A stretch of 64,000 bases of DNA from Azolla caroliniana (GCA_043228905.1 JBHGNT010000001.1:25606001-25670000); one strand, 5' to 3'. Shown: positions 24,757 through 38,300, counted from the first letter of the stretch. Made by a program: numbers and translations. The notes: generated by a model not told the origin, from the letters alone.

Positions 24757-26216
24757 ATAACGCGCGTGCGTGTAGAAAGGGGCGGGACCACGGGGGTCTC
24801 GGACCAAGGAGAGAGAGAGAGAGAGAGATGCAAGTACATAGAGAGAGATCAAGAGCAAGGAAAACAAGAATCTGATTACTATAGTTAATAGCTTACAACC
24901 AGCAACCCGGTAATGGACCCGACACGGGGTCCTACTCACGCACACCGACGACAGCCACACGACTCGAAGAAACAAAGGGGAAAGGGGAAGGAGAGAGTCT
25001 CTGCTGGAAGCACATGGGCTGTCCACGAAGTAGAGGCAGCGAACTCCCGACACCCGTAGAGAACGACGATTTAAGGAGAGAGAGAGACCGGCCCTGGTTT
25101 TGCAGCAGCACCTCGTCCTTGCCAACTCTTTTTTATTCCTTCTCTCTCTCCTTAAATAGTTCCCAAAAGTGAGTGCCCTTTCTCCCTAGTCAAATCGCTT
25201 TATTCCCTGTCCCTTTTGGCAGAGATATGCACAATCGCCTAATAAATGTGTACTACTTAGTATTTACATCTGCCGATCCATTTATGAATCAATATCAAAA
25301 TATCAATTCACGCGTCTATCCGTGTAAGAGCCGGTTCATGTGCCTTTTTGTCTGATTCCGCCTATGGCCGGTTTTCTTCACGACATCCACCCCCACCAAA
25401 CTACGCATCCACCGGCATGCGCCAGAGACGGGTAGATACCGAAGAAAACCGGCTTCACTCGTCGCTCTCCGATTCTCCGCTGGGCCCGAACTGATCGTCG
25501 TTGTCGCTCCTGCTTGCAGGCTCCGGCTCGTCTTCGAACTGCTTCTTGAACGGTTTGATCCGCTTCACGGCAACTGGCAGTGCTAACCGTGTCACGTCGA
25601 GTTCCGCGAGGTGGTACGTGCCGTTATCGTTCGTGCTCGTCACCATGTAGGGCCCGAACCACCTCCAAGCAAACTTTCGCACCGCCTTGTGCTGATTGTC
25701 GAGGTTGCTGTCGTACACCAAGACCCAGTCGCCTTCCTCGATCTTCTTTGGTCGCAATCGGTGTGACCGGTTGAAGCGGGTCTTGTCCCGTTCCTTTGTC
25801 GCCCGCAACTTTTCCTTCGCCCTTTTCATGTCCTCCGGCCTCCACTCGAGTTGCCGAATCTGCACCGCCAACAACTCCTCCCGGCTCATCTCGTCCTTCC
25901 AATCTACTGCCGCCCATGAAGAAACCGTCTGTTCCACCGGCATGATCGGCTTCTGTCCGTACATCAGCTCTGCCGGCATAAACCCTATCACCGAATTGTG
26001 CGTAGTTTGGTCTGCCCATAGTGCGTAAGGAAGGAGCTGCGGCCAATTCCCGACTTGCCCTCCGCATGCACGCACCAACGCCTTTACGATCGGCCCGTGC
26101 CCACATTCTACCTTCCCGTTCAGCTCCGAATTGTACGCTGTAGTGAGGGAGAGTTTGACGCCCAGCCAGTCGAACAACTCCTCAGCTTCTCGCGCATCCA
26201 GCTGTCCCCGGTCCGC

Positions 26217-26857
26217 TGTCGTGAAGAATTTCGGCCAGAGACGAAAACCGGGAAATGTTGGCTACATCGGCGGGGCGCAGCATGTGCGCTCACCCTTGTA
26301 CATTTAGTGTGAATAACGAGGGCGCCTTTATGGCGCCGAACAGTAGTCAAGTCGAGACAGAGAATCCCATGTAAGTCGGGATTTATCTCGCATTGTAACG
26401 CATCCCTCTCCTTGTTCTATAAAAGGAGGGGAGCGGCCTTTGTGAAGGGGTTGCCCATTTTGTATTAGTAGGGTATACCGTTAGACGGAGTGACGTTCTC
26501 TCTCTCTTGTTTTAGGGTTTCTTCTTCTTGCTCCCCTCTTTTCTTTTTTTTCTTCTTCGTCCTTCTGTGCATCGAGCCTTGGCATCTAGCGTTACAGTTT
26601 TCTGCCCTGTACTCTGTGCAAGACCCCGTTCGGCGCGACAAGCCCGAGAGCTCCCCGACCGGCGGCTTGGCAGTAGACAACGGTTGTATCTCGTGCGGCC
26701 TAGGTCCGGCTTGAAGTCGGTGTTGATTCTCGTTGTCTTGTAAATACATATACATGTGGTTGTGCATATTCGGGTCTCTGTTGGAGTGCGTGTGTGTGTC
26801 TTAGTGTTTCTTTCTTGCTTATGTACATGTTCGTGCGAGTGTCAATGTTAAGCGCCT

Positions 26858-26904
<47 letters not shown>

Positions 26905-29900
26905 ACTCCGGTTGCTTCCGGTATGCTCCTGGGGTGCCCCAAAATGAGTGAAGTGCGGCTTCCTACGCTCCGTCACTCCCTAGTCCAAGACCCCCGTGGT
27001 TCCACCTTTCTCCACGCACGCGCGTAACAATGCGACATCTTTGGTGAACCCGACGTGAAAGGTGGCAAGGGAGGATGGAGTCGGAAGACGATGACCTCGC
27101 GGTGATGGTGGCCGAAGTGGTGTTGGAGTCGGCACGAGTGGTGATGAGGCGAGAAGCAGCGCAACAAGCGGTGGAGCGAGTGGTCGAAAGAGTCGGGCGT
27201 TTCAACGGGGACGAAGTCCCATCTTACTTGGAAGCCTACAACGTAGAAATGGAGGAGCGAGACGTGGACGAAGCGTTGAGGCTGGAGTTCTTCTATCGGG
27301 CTGTCGCCGTCCGTATGCACGCAGAAGTGAAGGAGCTCCGACAAGCTCATAGTTTGTGGGAGGCCTTTGAAGAGGCGCTCCTGCAGGCATATGGAGGACA
27401 GAGGAAGAGCCGGGGATGGCACGACTTCGACCAGTGGGTAGCATTGGCAAAGACCCACCGGGGCGCAACGAAGGTGTTCCGAGAGTTCAAGCGATGGCTT
27501 GCTCGGCTCCCGGAGCGGGAACAAGGTTTGGTGGGGGCGGACAAGGTCCTATTGTTCGTCAGGTCGATCGACCGAGCGGAACGGGAGGCCATCGGGATTG
27601 AGCTCGAAGACGACAACGGAGCGAATGGGCTTACGGAGGACTGGTCGAAGGTCGGAAGGGTGTGCCAACGGCTAGACAATGAGCGTGCCGAGAAGGCTAA
27701 GAGGAAGGCGTGTGATGGCATGCCATCACAATGGGAAGAGGCCGAACGGCAAAGAGAGTCGGCGAGGGTCGGCATTGGGGCCAGGATTGCGGAGGCGTAC
27801 GCGGCTCTCGAGGCGATGCTCGAGGAAGAGGAAAGATCGAGGCCGCAAGCCGAGACTGAGGAGACGGACTTGCCCCACGCGATGACGGAAGGTCGGTACG
27901 ATGGTACCACGGGAGAGGGTGCGGAACAAAACGCCCTCTCGACTTGCGGAGATAGAACGGCCAAGGACGAGGCCGAGATACCGATCGCGGGATCAGAACA
28001 TTGGAACCAACGGTGTCGGGCGTGTCAGCCCGAAACCCCGGTCATTGGAGAAGCAAGCCAAGACGGGGCTTGCGCGATCGGTAAGGAGACGACCGCCGAC
28101 CACGAAGAGTCGGTGGCTACGGAAAGGGCGTAAACCGGACGGGAGATTCTTTGAGCCTTCCCACACTTGCTCCCGAGATGATGGCAATCGGGCCTGAGTG
28201 CCCACGTGAGTCCGAAGCGGAGGAAGGCGGCGACGAGAGACAAAGAATCACCGGCGAGACGATACGGGGAAGGACCGGATGAAAGCCCTCGAACCCGATT
28301 CCGGAGAACTCGGCGTTCGGGCCCTTATGCCCAAGTGAGACCGAGCAGATGGATGACGGTATCGAGGAGTCCTGGCACGATGCCAGCGAAGATGGATGGA
28401 GGATGGCTAGCAAAAAGGGCGACGAAGAGACCAAGGAACGACCCGACCGGGGACCGAACCGCGCGATGCTCCGATACGGGTGGAGCGTAATCCGGTCGTG
28501 GATTGTTCGATCTGGGCCAGATTCGGCATAAAGGTGCCAATAAGGGAGAGGGTGCGGGACGAGCCGCCCTCTTTTACATGGGGAGAAAGACCGATCGGGT
28601 GAAGGTCGGGAATTGGAAGGAAGGTGATCAAAGCCGAAACTCCGGACATTGGAGAATCAAGCTCAGGCGGGGCTTGATTAATCACAGAGCGGGTGCTATC
28701 CACCGACACCACTAAAAGGGGCGGTGGCCCGGATAAGTTGCAGAAAGACGTTGCGAAATCAGTTACGCCACATCTTATTCGGAGACTTCGGCTGTTCGGC
28801 CAACATGGCAACGTAAGACCGAAAGAGATGGAAGATAGAGGCGGGAACATAGCAAGGAGAGCGGCGACGAGTTACGGAGAAGTACGAGGATGAAGAGGAG
28901 AACAAAGACTGGTCCCATGAGATCTTCACACCAATCCGGCGGTCGGCCCGAGTGCTGGCGTGAGTCCTATAGGGGAGGTCGGTGGCGATAGAAAAATGGG
29001 ACCCGGCAATCCGGAGAATGACGAACGGACCCGGACGAGAACAGGGGGGAGCAAACTCCCAGATAACCATTCCGGGAGCGAGGAAGAGAGCAGGCCTACG
29101 AAGAGGCCGGGAACACGGTATGTCGGTACCACGGGAGAGGGTGTGGAGCAAGCCACCCTCTCGTCTTGCGTAAGAAGGAAGACCCGGGATAAAGGTCAAG
29201 GATACGAGGAGCCCAAGGAGGATCCTCGGCCTGATCTAGAGACTTCAGCAGTCGGCAACGCGGTCGGCGTAAGACCAAGATACTGACGGTGGCGGAGGGT
29301 GGGACAAGGGCGGGCAAACCGAGGTCCCACGAAGATCCTCACACCAATCCGGCGGTCGGCCCGAGTCCCAGCGTGAGTCCTATAGGGGACATCAGTGGCG
29401 GCAGGTGAACGTGATCGGACGACGGAAGCCGAGAAAGAAGGTATCAAGCCGGCAAGGCGGCTACGGACCATCTCAAACCTTTCGGCAAGGTGAGTGGGCG
29501 TAAGGAAGTCCGATCCTACGGGATCGCCACACGGATCCAGAGACTCCGGCTGTTCGGCCAACGTGGCAACATGAGACCGAGAGAGGTTGGTGGCGGCGGG
29601 AAATGGGACCCGACTACGTGGAAGACACGAGGAGAATCTGGGAGGGACTCAAACAAAGACACCCTGAATTTTGGCAAGCATTGAAACAAAGACTGATCCT
29701 ATGGGATCTTCACACCGTTCCGGAGACCACGGCTGTTTGGCTGACAAGGCAACGTAAGACCCAGGGAGAAGGAAGGTGGCGGCAAGGGACAGGACCCGGC
29801 ATCGACAAAGGTCGGTAAGACAGGACGAACGAAGTGCAGAGCCCTTACCGGCCGGTTACGGTAGTGGAAGGAGCCGGTAGGGCAAACCGGGGGATGTGTG

Positions 29901-31375
29901 TCGGGCCGAAAAGGCACACCTGGGACAGAACAAGAGTCTCGCAAGTGGCCATCGTGGGCCAGATCGAAGCGTGACTACTGGACGGTGGTTGGCACGGGCG
30001 GTGCCGAACAAAGGAAGTGGAAGACGACACAAGTGAGGTGCCGGGAACGAGGTGACGGGTGCCTAGTGGACTGCACAGGGTCGGAGTCAGGGGATGGCAA
30101 GAGAGGCCGGAGGAGGATCCTCCACACTTGCTTCGTAGATCTCGGTAGCTCCGTCGAAGTAGCGAAGACGGACACGACAAGGCCGGGGTGACAAGCTGGT
30201 GGGGGGGCAAGGGGACGACGGCAAGCAGAAGACTCAGGACCTGTAGCAGTGGCACGAAGACGGGAAGGGCCAAGCGGGCCACTACGAGCGTTCTTCAAGC
30301 GGAGGACATCAGGCATATGGCGGAGAACGGAGCGTGCATACAACCGAACAAGGGCCAGTGCAAGTACGCGTACTGCGGAGATCGCGGCGAAGGACCCATC
30401 GACGGGTCGAACGAGCCTACGGGGAGGTAAGCGCGAAGGAAGAACTGAAGCCGACGGTTCAAACTGGCAGCGAACCGGGATGCGGATTACGGAAGACTGG
30501 TTTCTCACTGGCCGAAATCTCTCACCCTTCACCGGATTTGGCACGTACCGGTGGACGTGCGGTTTGGTGGGGGCGGATGTCGTGAAGAATTTCGGCCAGA
30601 AGCGGAAACCGGGAAATGTTGGCTACATCGGTGGGGTGCAGCATGTGCGCTCACCCTTGTACATTTAGTGTGAATAACCAGGGCGCCTTTATGGTGCCGA
30701 ACAGTAGTCAAGTCGGGACAGAGAATCCCATGTATGTCGGGATTTATCCCGCATTGTAACGCATCCCTCTCCTTGTTCTATAAAAGGAGGGGAGCGGCCT
30801 TTGTGAAGGGGTTGCCCATTTTGTATTAGTAGGGTATACCGTTAGACGGAGTGACGTTCTCTCTCTCTTGTTTTAGGGTTTCTTCTTCTTGCTCCCCTCT
30901 TTTCTTTTTTTTCTTCTTCATCCTTCTATGCGTCAAGCCTTGGCAACTAGTGTTACAGTTTTCTGTCCTGTACTCTGTGCAAGACCCCGTTCAGCGCGAT
31001 AAGCCCGAGAGCTCCCCGACCGGCAGCTTGGCAGTAGACAACGGTTGTATCTCGTGTGGCCTAGGTCCGGCTTGAAGTCGGTGTTGATTCTCGTTGTCTT
31101 GTAAATACATATACATGTGGTTGTGCATATTCGGGTCTCTGTTGGAGTGCGTGTGTGTGTCTTAGTGTTTCTTTCTTGCTTATGTACATGTTCGTGCGAG
31201 TGTCAATGTTAAGCGCCTGCTCTCTCTCTCTCTCTCTCTGTCCCTCCGGTTGCTTCCGGTGTGCTCCTGGGGTGCCCCGAAAGGAGTGAAGCGGGGCTTC
31301 CTACTCTCCGTCACTCCCTAGTCCAAGACCCACGTGGTTCCGCCTTTCTCCACGCACGCGTGTAATAATGCAACA
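26217..31375 (+). mobile_element. Complete non-autonomous gag-only LTR element (TR-GAG-like) related to family W
   Basis: LTRs at 26217-27037 and 30578-31375. Trp PBS at 27042-27059. PPT at about 30563-30577. TSD CCGC at 26213-26216 and 31376-31379. No pol motifs inside. Confidence 0.9.
27075..28133 (+). CDS. Gag-like capsid protein (352 aa), divergent homolog of the family W gag N-terminus, acidic tail, no zinc knuckle
   Basis: VGRFNGDEVPSYLEAY, VLLFVRSID and GLTEDWSKV align by eye with IGRFTGKDATKYLASY, VLLFVKSVD and GLTADWAAV. Confidence 0.75.
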   Translation: MESEDDDLAVMVAEVVLESARVVMRREAAQQAVERVVERVGRFNGDEVPSYLEAYNVEMEERDVDEALRLEFFYRAVAVRMHAEVKELRQAHSLWEAFEEALLQAYGGQRKSRGWHDFDQWVALAKTHRGATKVFREFKRWLARLPEREQGLVGADKVLLFVRSIDRAEREAIGIELEDDNGANGLTEDWSKVGRVCQRLDNERAEKAKRKACDGMPSQWEEAERQRESARVGIGARIAEAYAALEAMLEEEERSRPQAETEETDLPHAMTEGRYDGTTGEGAEQNALSTCGDRTAKDEAEIPIAGSEHWNQRCRACQPETPVIGEASQDGACAIGKETTADHEESVATERA

Positions 31376-34300
31376 CCGCCACGATCCTCCCGACGCACCC
31401 GTACCAACACACTACCTCTTCGATCAGGAACCGGCATACCGCCACGGTTGTCTTGTTCTGCAGTGCACGGCCTTGCACCTGGTTCGTTAAGTCTTCTCGC
31501 GCAAGCACAAGGTACCGCATCTGTCCTACTCCCATCGGCATCGTCACCAAGTCCACCATCCACTTGAAATGGACCGCAGGCGAGTAAGTCGGGTGTAGCT
31601 CGTCCTGATGTCGGACCACAGAGTGCATCTTACAGCTTTCACAAGTCGTTACGAACCGATGCACGTCCTGGTACAGCCCGGACCACCAGTACTTCTCCTT
31701 CTGCTTCTCGAATGTGGCCCACGTTCCGCGGTGCCCGGCCCAGGAACTCTCGTGAAATGCCGCCAATAGTTCCTCCAGTTCTTCTTTCTTCACCACTACT
31801 CGGAGTGGGATGCCGTTTCTCTTCTTTAGGTGCCTCCATATGCACTCATCCCGCAGGAAGAATCGGTACGCCTTCTTCCGTACCCAGCTCGCCTCTTCTA
31901 TCATCCATGCTGCGTTCGACGTCATCGTCCATAGGAACCTCCCGATTTGGAGCCACTCCCCGTCGTACCGGCTTTCTTCAAATTCGTTAAGCGCCGGATT
32001 GTCCCTTTTCCTCGTTGTTACGTTAGCCGACCTGAAGAAGTCCTCGCCGACTTCTTCGTCATCCGAAACCATGCCACCTTCGTCGTTGAACCTCACTCTC
32101 GAAAGCATGTCGGCCATGGCGTTGTCCTTTCCGGAGATGTGCCGTATCTACGGGTTTTGGGACTTAATGTACCCTATCCACCGGAGCATTGCTAGGTCCG
32201 ACGTCGCGCATCCGGAAACCATGCGGAGTATCGACAGGCAGTCCATCTCGATGATCACCTCCGTCCCGATTAGATAGTCCTCGTTTAGTCTGTAGACCGA
32301 CTCCGTGTGCTCCGTCCTCCACTCAAAGCTACACCCTTTTTTCAATAGTCCGTAGAGAGGCTCCGCAACATGCGCGTAGTGCGGAATCCAGATGTGGTAG
32401 AACGCGCATGCTCCCAAGAATCTGCGGATCTCCGTGACCGACCCGCAATCGTCCCTCATCGCTCAGATGGCCTCTACCTTTGCCGAAGACGGTTTCCTAC
32501 CGTAGGGCCCGCACAGGTGTCCGACCACCAAGATCTCCGCCTGCCCGAACGCCGATTTTTCTTCGGAGAAGGTGAGTCGTGCGTTTTCGAGCCTTTGCAG
32601 CACCTTCTCGTAGTCGTGGATGAGGTTCACGACGAACCTCCGGCATCCGTCTGGCCCGACAGTCTCATCCGCGTCATCCACCGGACACCCCTTTATCGGG
32701 ATGTCGTCCAAGAATGGCATGGTGATGTCCGGGATGCAGTCCCTTAGCACCTTGTTCATTGCGTTCACCATATGCACCACCGAATTCGTCCCGCCTTGTG
32801 GTAGGGTACACATCCGTACAAGGCCGAGAGGGGTTCACATCATCGTGATATCCCTGCTCTCCATGGCTAGCTGGAACTGGTCGTACCCCGAGTATAAGTT
32901 ACCGACCGAATAGATCGACCTTCCCGCGAAGGCCTCCGCGAACTCGTCTATGGTCGGTCCGATCCCTGCATTACATATGGTCACCTTGTTGACCGGTTGC
33001 AGGTCTTGAATGAAGCGCAACGTGCCGTTCTTCTTTGGCACCGTAAACCACCAATTCGAATACGGGGCGCTCGACGGTTCGAGGATGCCCATCTCCACCT
33101 TTTGCTTCAGAAGCTCCATCAACTTCGGGATGTGAGCCCTCGGCACCGGAATCGGTTTGAGATTCCACGGTACATGCGGTACCGTGAAGATCACCATCGG
33201 TTCGATGACCGTCGGATCCACGCACCCGATCTCCCCCGGTGAGAACGCGAAGGCTTTCCCATGCCTTCCAAGCATTCTTCGAAACCTATTCTCCTCTGCC
33301 GGCAGTAGAAAGCCACCCCCACCAACCTTGAGCTCCCGTAGCATTATGTCGGTGAATCGGTGCTCTATGCTAGCCGGATTCCGTAAACTTGGGTCCGACG
33401 CGACCCTTTTTATCCGCTCCTCGCTGCCCTCCGACAAGGGTGCCGCGACCGGCCTCACCTTCTGGTCCAAAGTCTTGTACTTTGTACTCACGCGGGTCGT
33501 TCGATCCGACCCGATCCTTTCCCCGAAGTCCGCGATGACTTCGTACATTCCCATCGAACCCACCGGAACGGTCCGGTCTTCTCTAAAGTCTTCACCGATC
33601 ACCTTTCGCAACTCGCCCAAGGTGTCGTCAAAAGAGACCGCCTCCACGGCGCTGCGGATCTCTTCGTCGGGGTAGAGGACTTCGCATTCCTTGAGCCGCT
33701 CCTCCGCTCGTTTCCTTTCCCGGCCGCTGACACCGGCTATAGTACAACCTCCGTTTTCGGAGAACTAAAACTTCCTACCTATTGTACATGTGTGGGGTTC
33801 TTCCAGTACGTCCGGACTACCGCGGCCCCACGCCTTGATAGCGCTCTCTAAAAATCCCCTCGACTGTCGCCACCGAGGGTCTCGTGATTCCGCTCATGGT
33901 TTGGACGTACGATCATGAATTGGACGGAATGCCGACCGTCCTGGCTCTTGACGCGCACGTACGCCGAACCGTTATCCAACACCTTCGTCTCCATGCGTGC
34001 TGCCGTAATGTATGGTTCGCCGAGAATCACCGGGTGCGAGGATGTTTCCTGCACGAAGAAATGTTGATCTATCTCGACGTCACCGACCTTCACGCGTATA
34101 TTCGGGCACGCACCATGTAGCTCCTCCGTAGCACACGTCGCCGCACGTATCTTCCACCCATGTTTGGTGTTGATCAGCCATTTACCCTTCTTGTAGAAAT
34201 CCATGGACATCAGGTTGATTTCGGGTTTCCGTAGTTGCCCTGTCCCAATGCGGCTTCGCGTAGTGGCTTTCCGCCAACTCATCTTCTAGGGCCGCATCTT

Positions 34301-34589
34301 CTAAATGTGTAGTCTGCACCTCCACCGGCTTCTCCGGTTCTGGCTCCGTCGAGAGCCTCTTCCGCTTCACCAAGTCTACGATAGAGTCGTGGAACTCCCT
34401 CTTGGCGATTCCCAGCACCTCCCGTAACGACAACTCCACTTTACTGTCGAGGATCTGCTCTTCAAGGACCTTCCGTAGGTCCGTTGCTCTCTCGATTTCG
34501 GTGCTCAACCGAAACCCCGCCTGCTTCTTTCCGTTCGGCGCGCTGTCATGAAGAAAACCGTCCCTTAGCGCAATCGGTGCATAGCGCGC

Positions 34590-35305
34590 TGTCGGGGTTA
34601 CTACGCCCTTGCGTGTAGAAAGGAGGAGGGACCACGGGGGTCTCGAACCGAAGAGCGAGAGAGAGAGAAGAAAGAGAGAGACCCGATTACACAGAACCGA
34701 AGATCCGATTGCGCAGAACCGACGATTGCACAGGGACACGGCCCAACAAACAGAGATCACAAATGAACGCCGACACAGATGGACGCAACAACGAGAGATA
34801 AGTACTTATGAATGCAAGAAAACAACAGACTAAAGTATTACAACCCACGGTGGGGCACAAAATAGATGCTAACGAAAACGAACAGGGCGGCGAACAGCTG
34901 CCGACCCCTGTATGTCGCGACGCACAGAAGGGGAAAACAGGTCGGAGGTGCTGCAGGACGCACTCGGGGCGTTCCACGGAACAGCGCAAGCCTCCTCGAA
35001 ACCTGCACAGGTACGCGATGGAGCAGAAGACAGAGAGAGCAGGAGTGAGAGAGAAGCTCCGAAATCGGTTCGGCAGCACTTCGTCCTCTCCGCGGGAGAT
35101 GTCCTTCTCCTATTCTCCCTCTTCCTTTTTATAGCCCGTCAAGCGGCCGTTTGGCATTAACTGCATACCAACCGAATCTGCCCACCTAGGATCCTCGTAT
35201 GTACCTACTTCGTCCTTAGGTACTTCTTGGCGCGCGTGTGTGTGTAGAGCCGTTTCCCACGCCTTGTTCCTCCGATTCCTCTTGTGGGCGGTTTTCTTCA
35301 CGACA
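34590..35305 (-). repeat. 3' LTR of intact element
   Basis: Direct repeat of 41036-41751. Confidence 0.97.
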
Positions 35306-35320
35306 TCCGCCCCCACCTAA
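35306..35320 (-). promoter_or_regulatory. Polypurine tract TTAGGTGGGGGCGGA
   Basis: Abuts the 3' LTR and is conserved in the other family W 3' ends. Confidence 0.85.
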
Positions 35321-35377
35321 CCGCGCATCCGCCGGCATGCGCCAAATTAAGTTGGCACGGAGAAAACCGGCCCGCCT

Positions 35378-38300
35378 TTACTCTTCGCCTGCCGGCCCTT
35401 CCTCGGCCCCGGATCGGTCGTCGCTGCTGTCCAGGAGAATCGGGTCGGGTTCGTCGTCGTGCCGCTTCTTGAAAGCTTTGATCCTCTTCCCGGCCACGAG
35501 TATCGCTATTCTCGTACCGTCGAGCTCCGCCAGATGATACGTCCCGTTGTCGTTGGCGCTCTGTACCGTGTACGGCCCGAACCATCTCCGTGCGAACTTC
35601 CGCGTTGCTCGGTGCTGGTTGTCGAGGCTGCTGTCGTAGACGAGCACCCAGTCACCTTCGTCGATTTTCTTCGGTCGTACCCGGTGCGTTCGGTCGAACC
35701 GGGCTTTGTTCTTTGTCCTCGCCACCCGGAGCTTCTCCGTAGCCAGTGCCACGTCCTCCGGTCTCCGCTCGAGCTGTCGTATACGTGCGGCCAACAACTC
35801 CTCCTGGCTCATCTCGTCCCTCCAGTCGACCGTTGCCCACGAGGAGATCGTCCGTTCAATCGGCATGATCGGCTTCTGGCCGAACATGAGCTCCGTCGGC
35901 ATGTACCCGGTTACCGAACTGTGCGTGGTCCGGTCTGCCCACAAAGCATAAGGTAGAAGTCGCGGCCAGTTACCGACTTGGCCTCCGCATGCCCGAACCA
36001 GCGCCTTGACGATCGGCCCGTGTCCGCGCTCCACCTTTCCATTCGCCTCCGGGTTGTACGCAGTGGTGAGCGAGAGTTTGACTCCCAGCCGATCGAACAG
36101 CTCCGCGGCTTCCTCGGCGTCCAACTCCCCTCGGTCAGCCACGATCTTCCCGACGCACCCGTACCGGCATATCACGTCCTCGATCAGGAACCGACACACG
36201 GCCGCGGTCGTCTTGTTCTGAAGGGCTCGGCCTTCCACCTGGTTCGTCAGGTCTTCCCGCGCTAGGACCAGATACCGCATCTGTCCTACCCCCATCGGCA
36301 TCGTCACCAGATCTACCATCCATTTGAAGTGGATAGTCGGAGGGTACGTAGGGTGAAGCCCGTCCCGGTGTCGGACTATCGAGTGCATCTGACAACTCTC
36401 GCAAGTTGACACGAACCGGTGCACGTCCCGGTACAATCCCGGCCACCAGTACTTCCCCTTCAGCTTTTCAAACGTCGCCCACGTTCCACGGTGCCCAGCC
36501 CAAGGGCTGTCGTGGTAGGCCGCCAGTAGCTCCTCCTGTTCTTCCTTCATCGCCACCACCCGGAGCGGGACGCCGTTCCTCTTCTTCGGGTGCTTCCACA
36601 AATGCCCATCTCGGAGAAGGAATCGATATGCTTTCTTCCGGATCCGGTTGGCCTCGTCCTTCGTCCATGACGCATCGGGCGTCATTGTCTTCAAAAACCC
36701 GCCGATCTGCAGCCACTCCCCGTCGTACTTGCTCGCGTCGAACTCGTTAAGCGCCGGAGTGCTCATCCCGTCGGTCGTTATGTATGCCGCCTCGAAGAAA
36801 TCCACGCCGACTTCTTCGTCTTCCGAAACCATGCCGCCCTCGTCGTCGAACCTCGCCCTCGAAAGCATGTCGGCCATGGCGTTGTCTTTCCCGGAAATGT
36901 GTCGTATTTCCGGGTCCAGGGACTTGATGTACGCTATCCACCTGAGCATCGCCAGGTCCGGAGTCGCGCATCCGGAAACCATACCGAGAATCGGCAGGCA
37001 ATCCGTCTCGATGATCACTTCCGTCCCTATCAGGTAGTCTTTGTCGGCCTTAACCGCCGAAACAATACCCCAGAGTTCGCGTTTAACCTGGGCGTATCCT
37101 CGCTGCCGTTCACTGAGGACTTTCGCGCCGAATCGGATCGGAAACCGATTGCCGTCCTCGTCTTCCTGGTTCACGACCCATCCGATCCCGGTCGGACTGG
37201 TATCCACCGTTATGAATACCGGGGTACCCTTCCCGTATACCGCCTTCCGGAGTGCCGGTGCCGCTGCAAGGGCCTCTTTCAGCTTCCGGACCGATGCCGG
37301 GTGCTCGTCTAGCCATTCGAACCTTCGCCCCTTTTTCAGCAACCCGTACAGTGGCTCCGCGACGTGTGCGTAATGCGGGATCCATATGTGGTAGAACGCG
37401 CATGCCCCCAGGAATCTCCGTACTTCCGTGACCGAGCTGCAGTCGGGCTTCATCGCGGAGATGGCTTCTACCTTTGCCGGAGACGGTTTCCGGCCATATG
37501 GTCCGCACAGGTGTCCGACCACCATGATTTCTGACTGCCCGAAGGCCGACTTCTCCCCGGAGAAGGTGAGTCTCGCATCCTCTAGCCTTTGCAGCACCTT
37601 CTCGCAGTCGTCGATGTGCGTCGCCACGAATCGCCGGCATCCGTCCGGCCCGATCGTCTCGTCCTTTTCTTCCACCGGGCATCCCTTGATCGGGATGTCG
37701 TCCAGAAACGGCATGGTGATGTCCGGGATACAGTCCCTCAGAACCTTGTTCATCGCATTCACCATGTGGGCCACCGAGTTGGTCCCTCCTTGCGGCAGTG
37801 TACACATCCGAACTAGGCCGAGGGGAGTTCGCATCGTCGTAATGTCTCTGCTCTCCACGGCTAGCTGGAACTGGTCGTACCCTGAGTATAGATCCCCGAC
37901 CGAGTAAATTGACCTTCCGGCGAAGGCCTCCGCGAACTCGTCTATGGTCGGTCCGATCCCTGCGTTCCGAATGGTCACTCGATTGACCGGCTGCAGGTCC
38001 TGGATGAAGCGCAACGAACCGTTTTTCTTCGGTACGGTAAACCATCGATTCGAATATGGGGCGCTCGACGGCTCGAGAATTCCCATATCAACTTTCTGCC
38101 TCAGCAGCTCCATCAACTTCGGGATGTGAGCTCTCGGAACCGGGATTGGCTTGAGATTCCATGGTACATGCGGTACCGTGAATATCACCATCGGCTCCAC
38201 GATCGTCGGGTCAACGCACCCGATTTCCTCCGGCGAGAATGCGAAGGCTTTCCCGCGCCTTCCGAGCATTCTCCGAAACCGGTCTTCCTCCGCCGGCAGT

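Noticed and set aside
28780-29900. Repeat-plus-unique pattern resembling a CRISPR array
   Set aside because: Repeats are degenerate and irregularly spaced inside a eukaryotic retroelement, with no cas genes.
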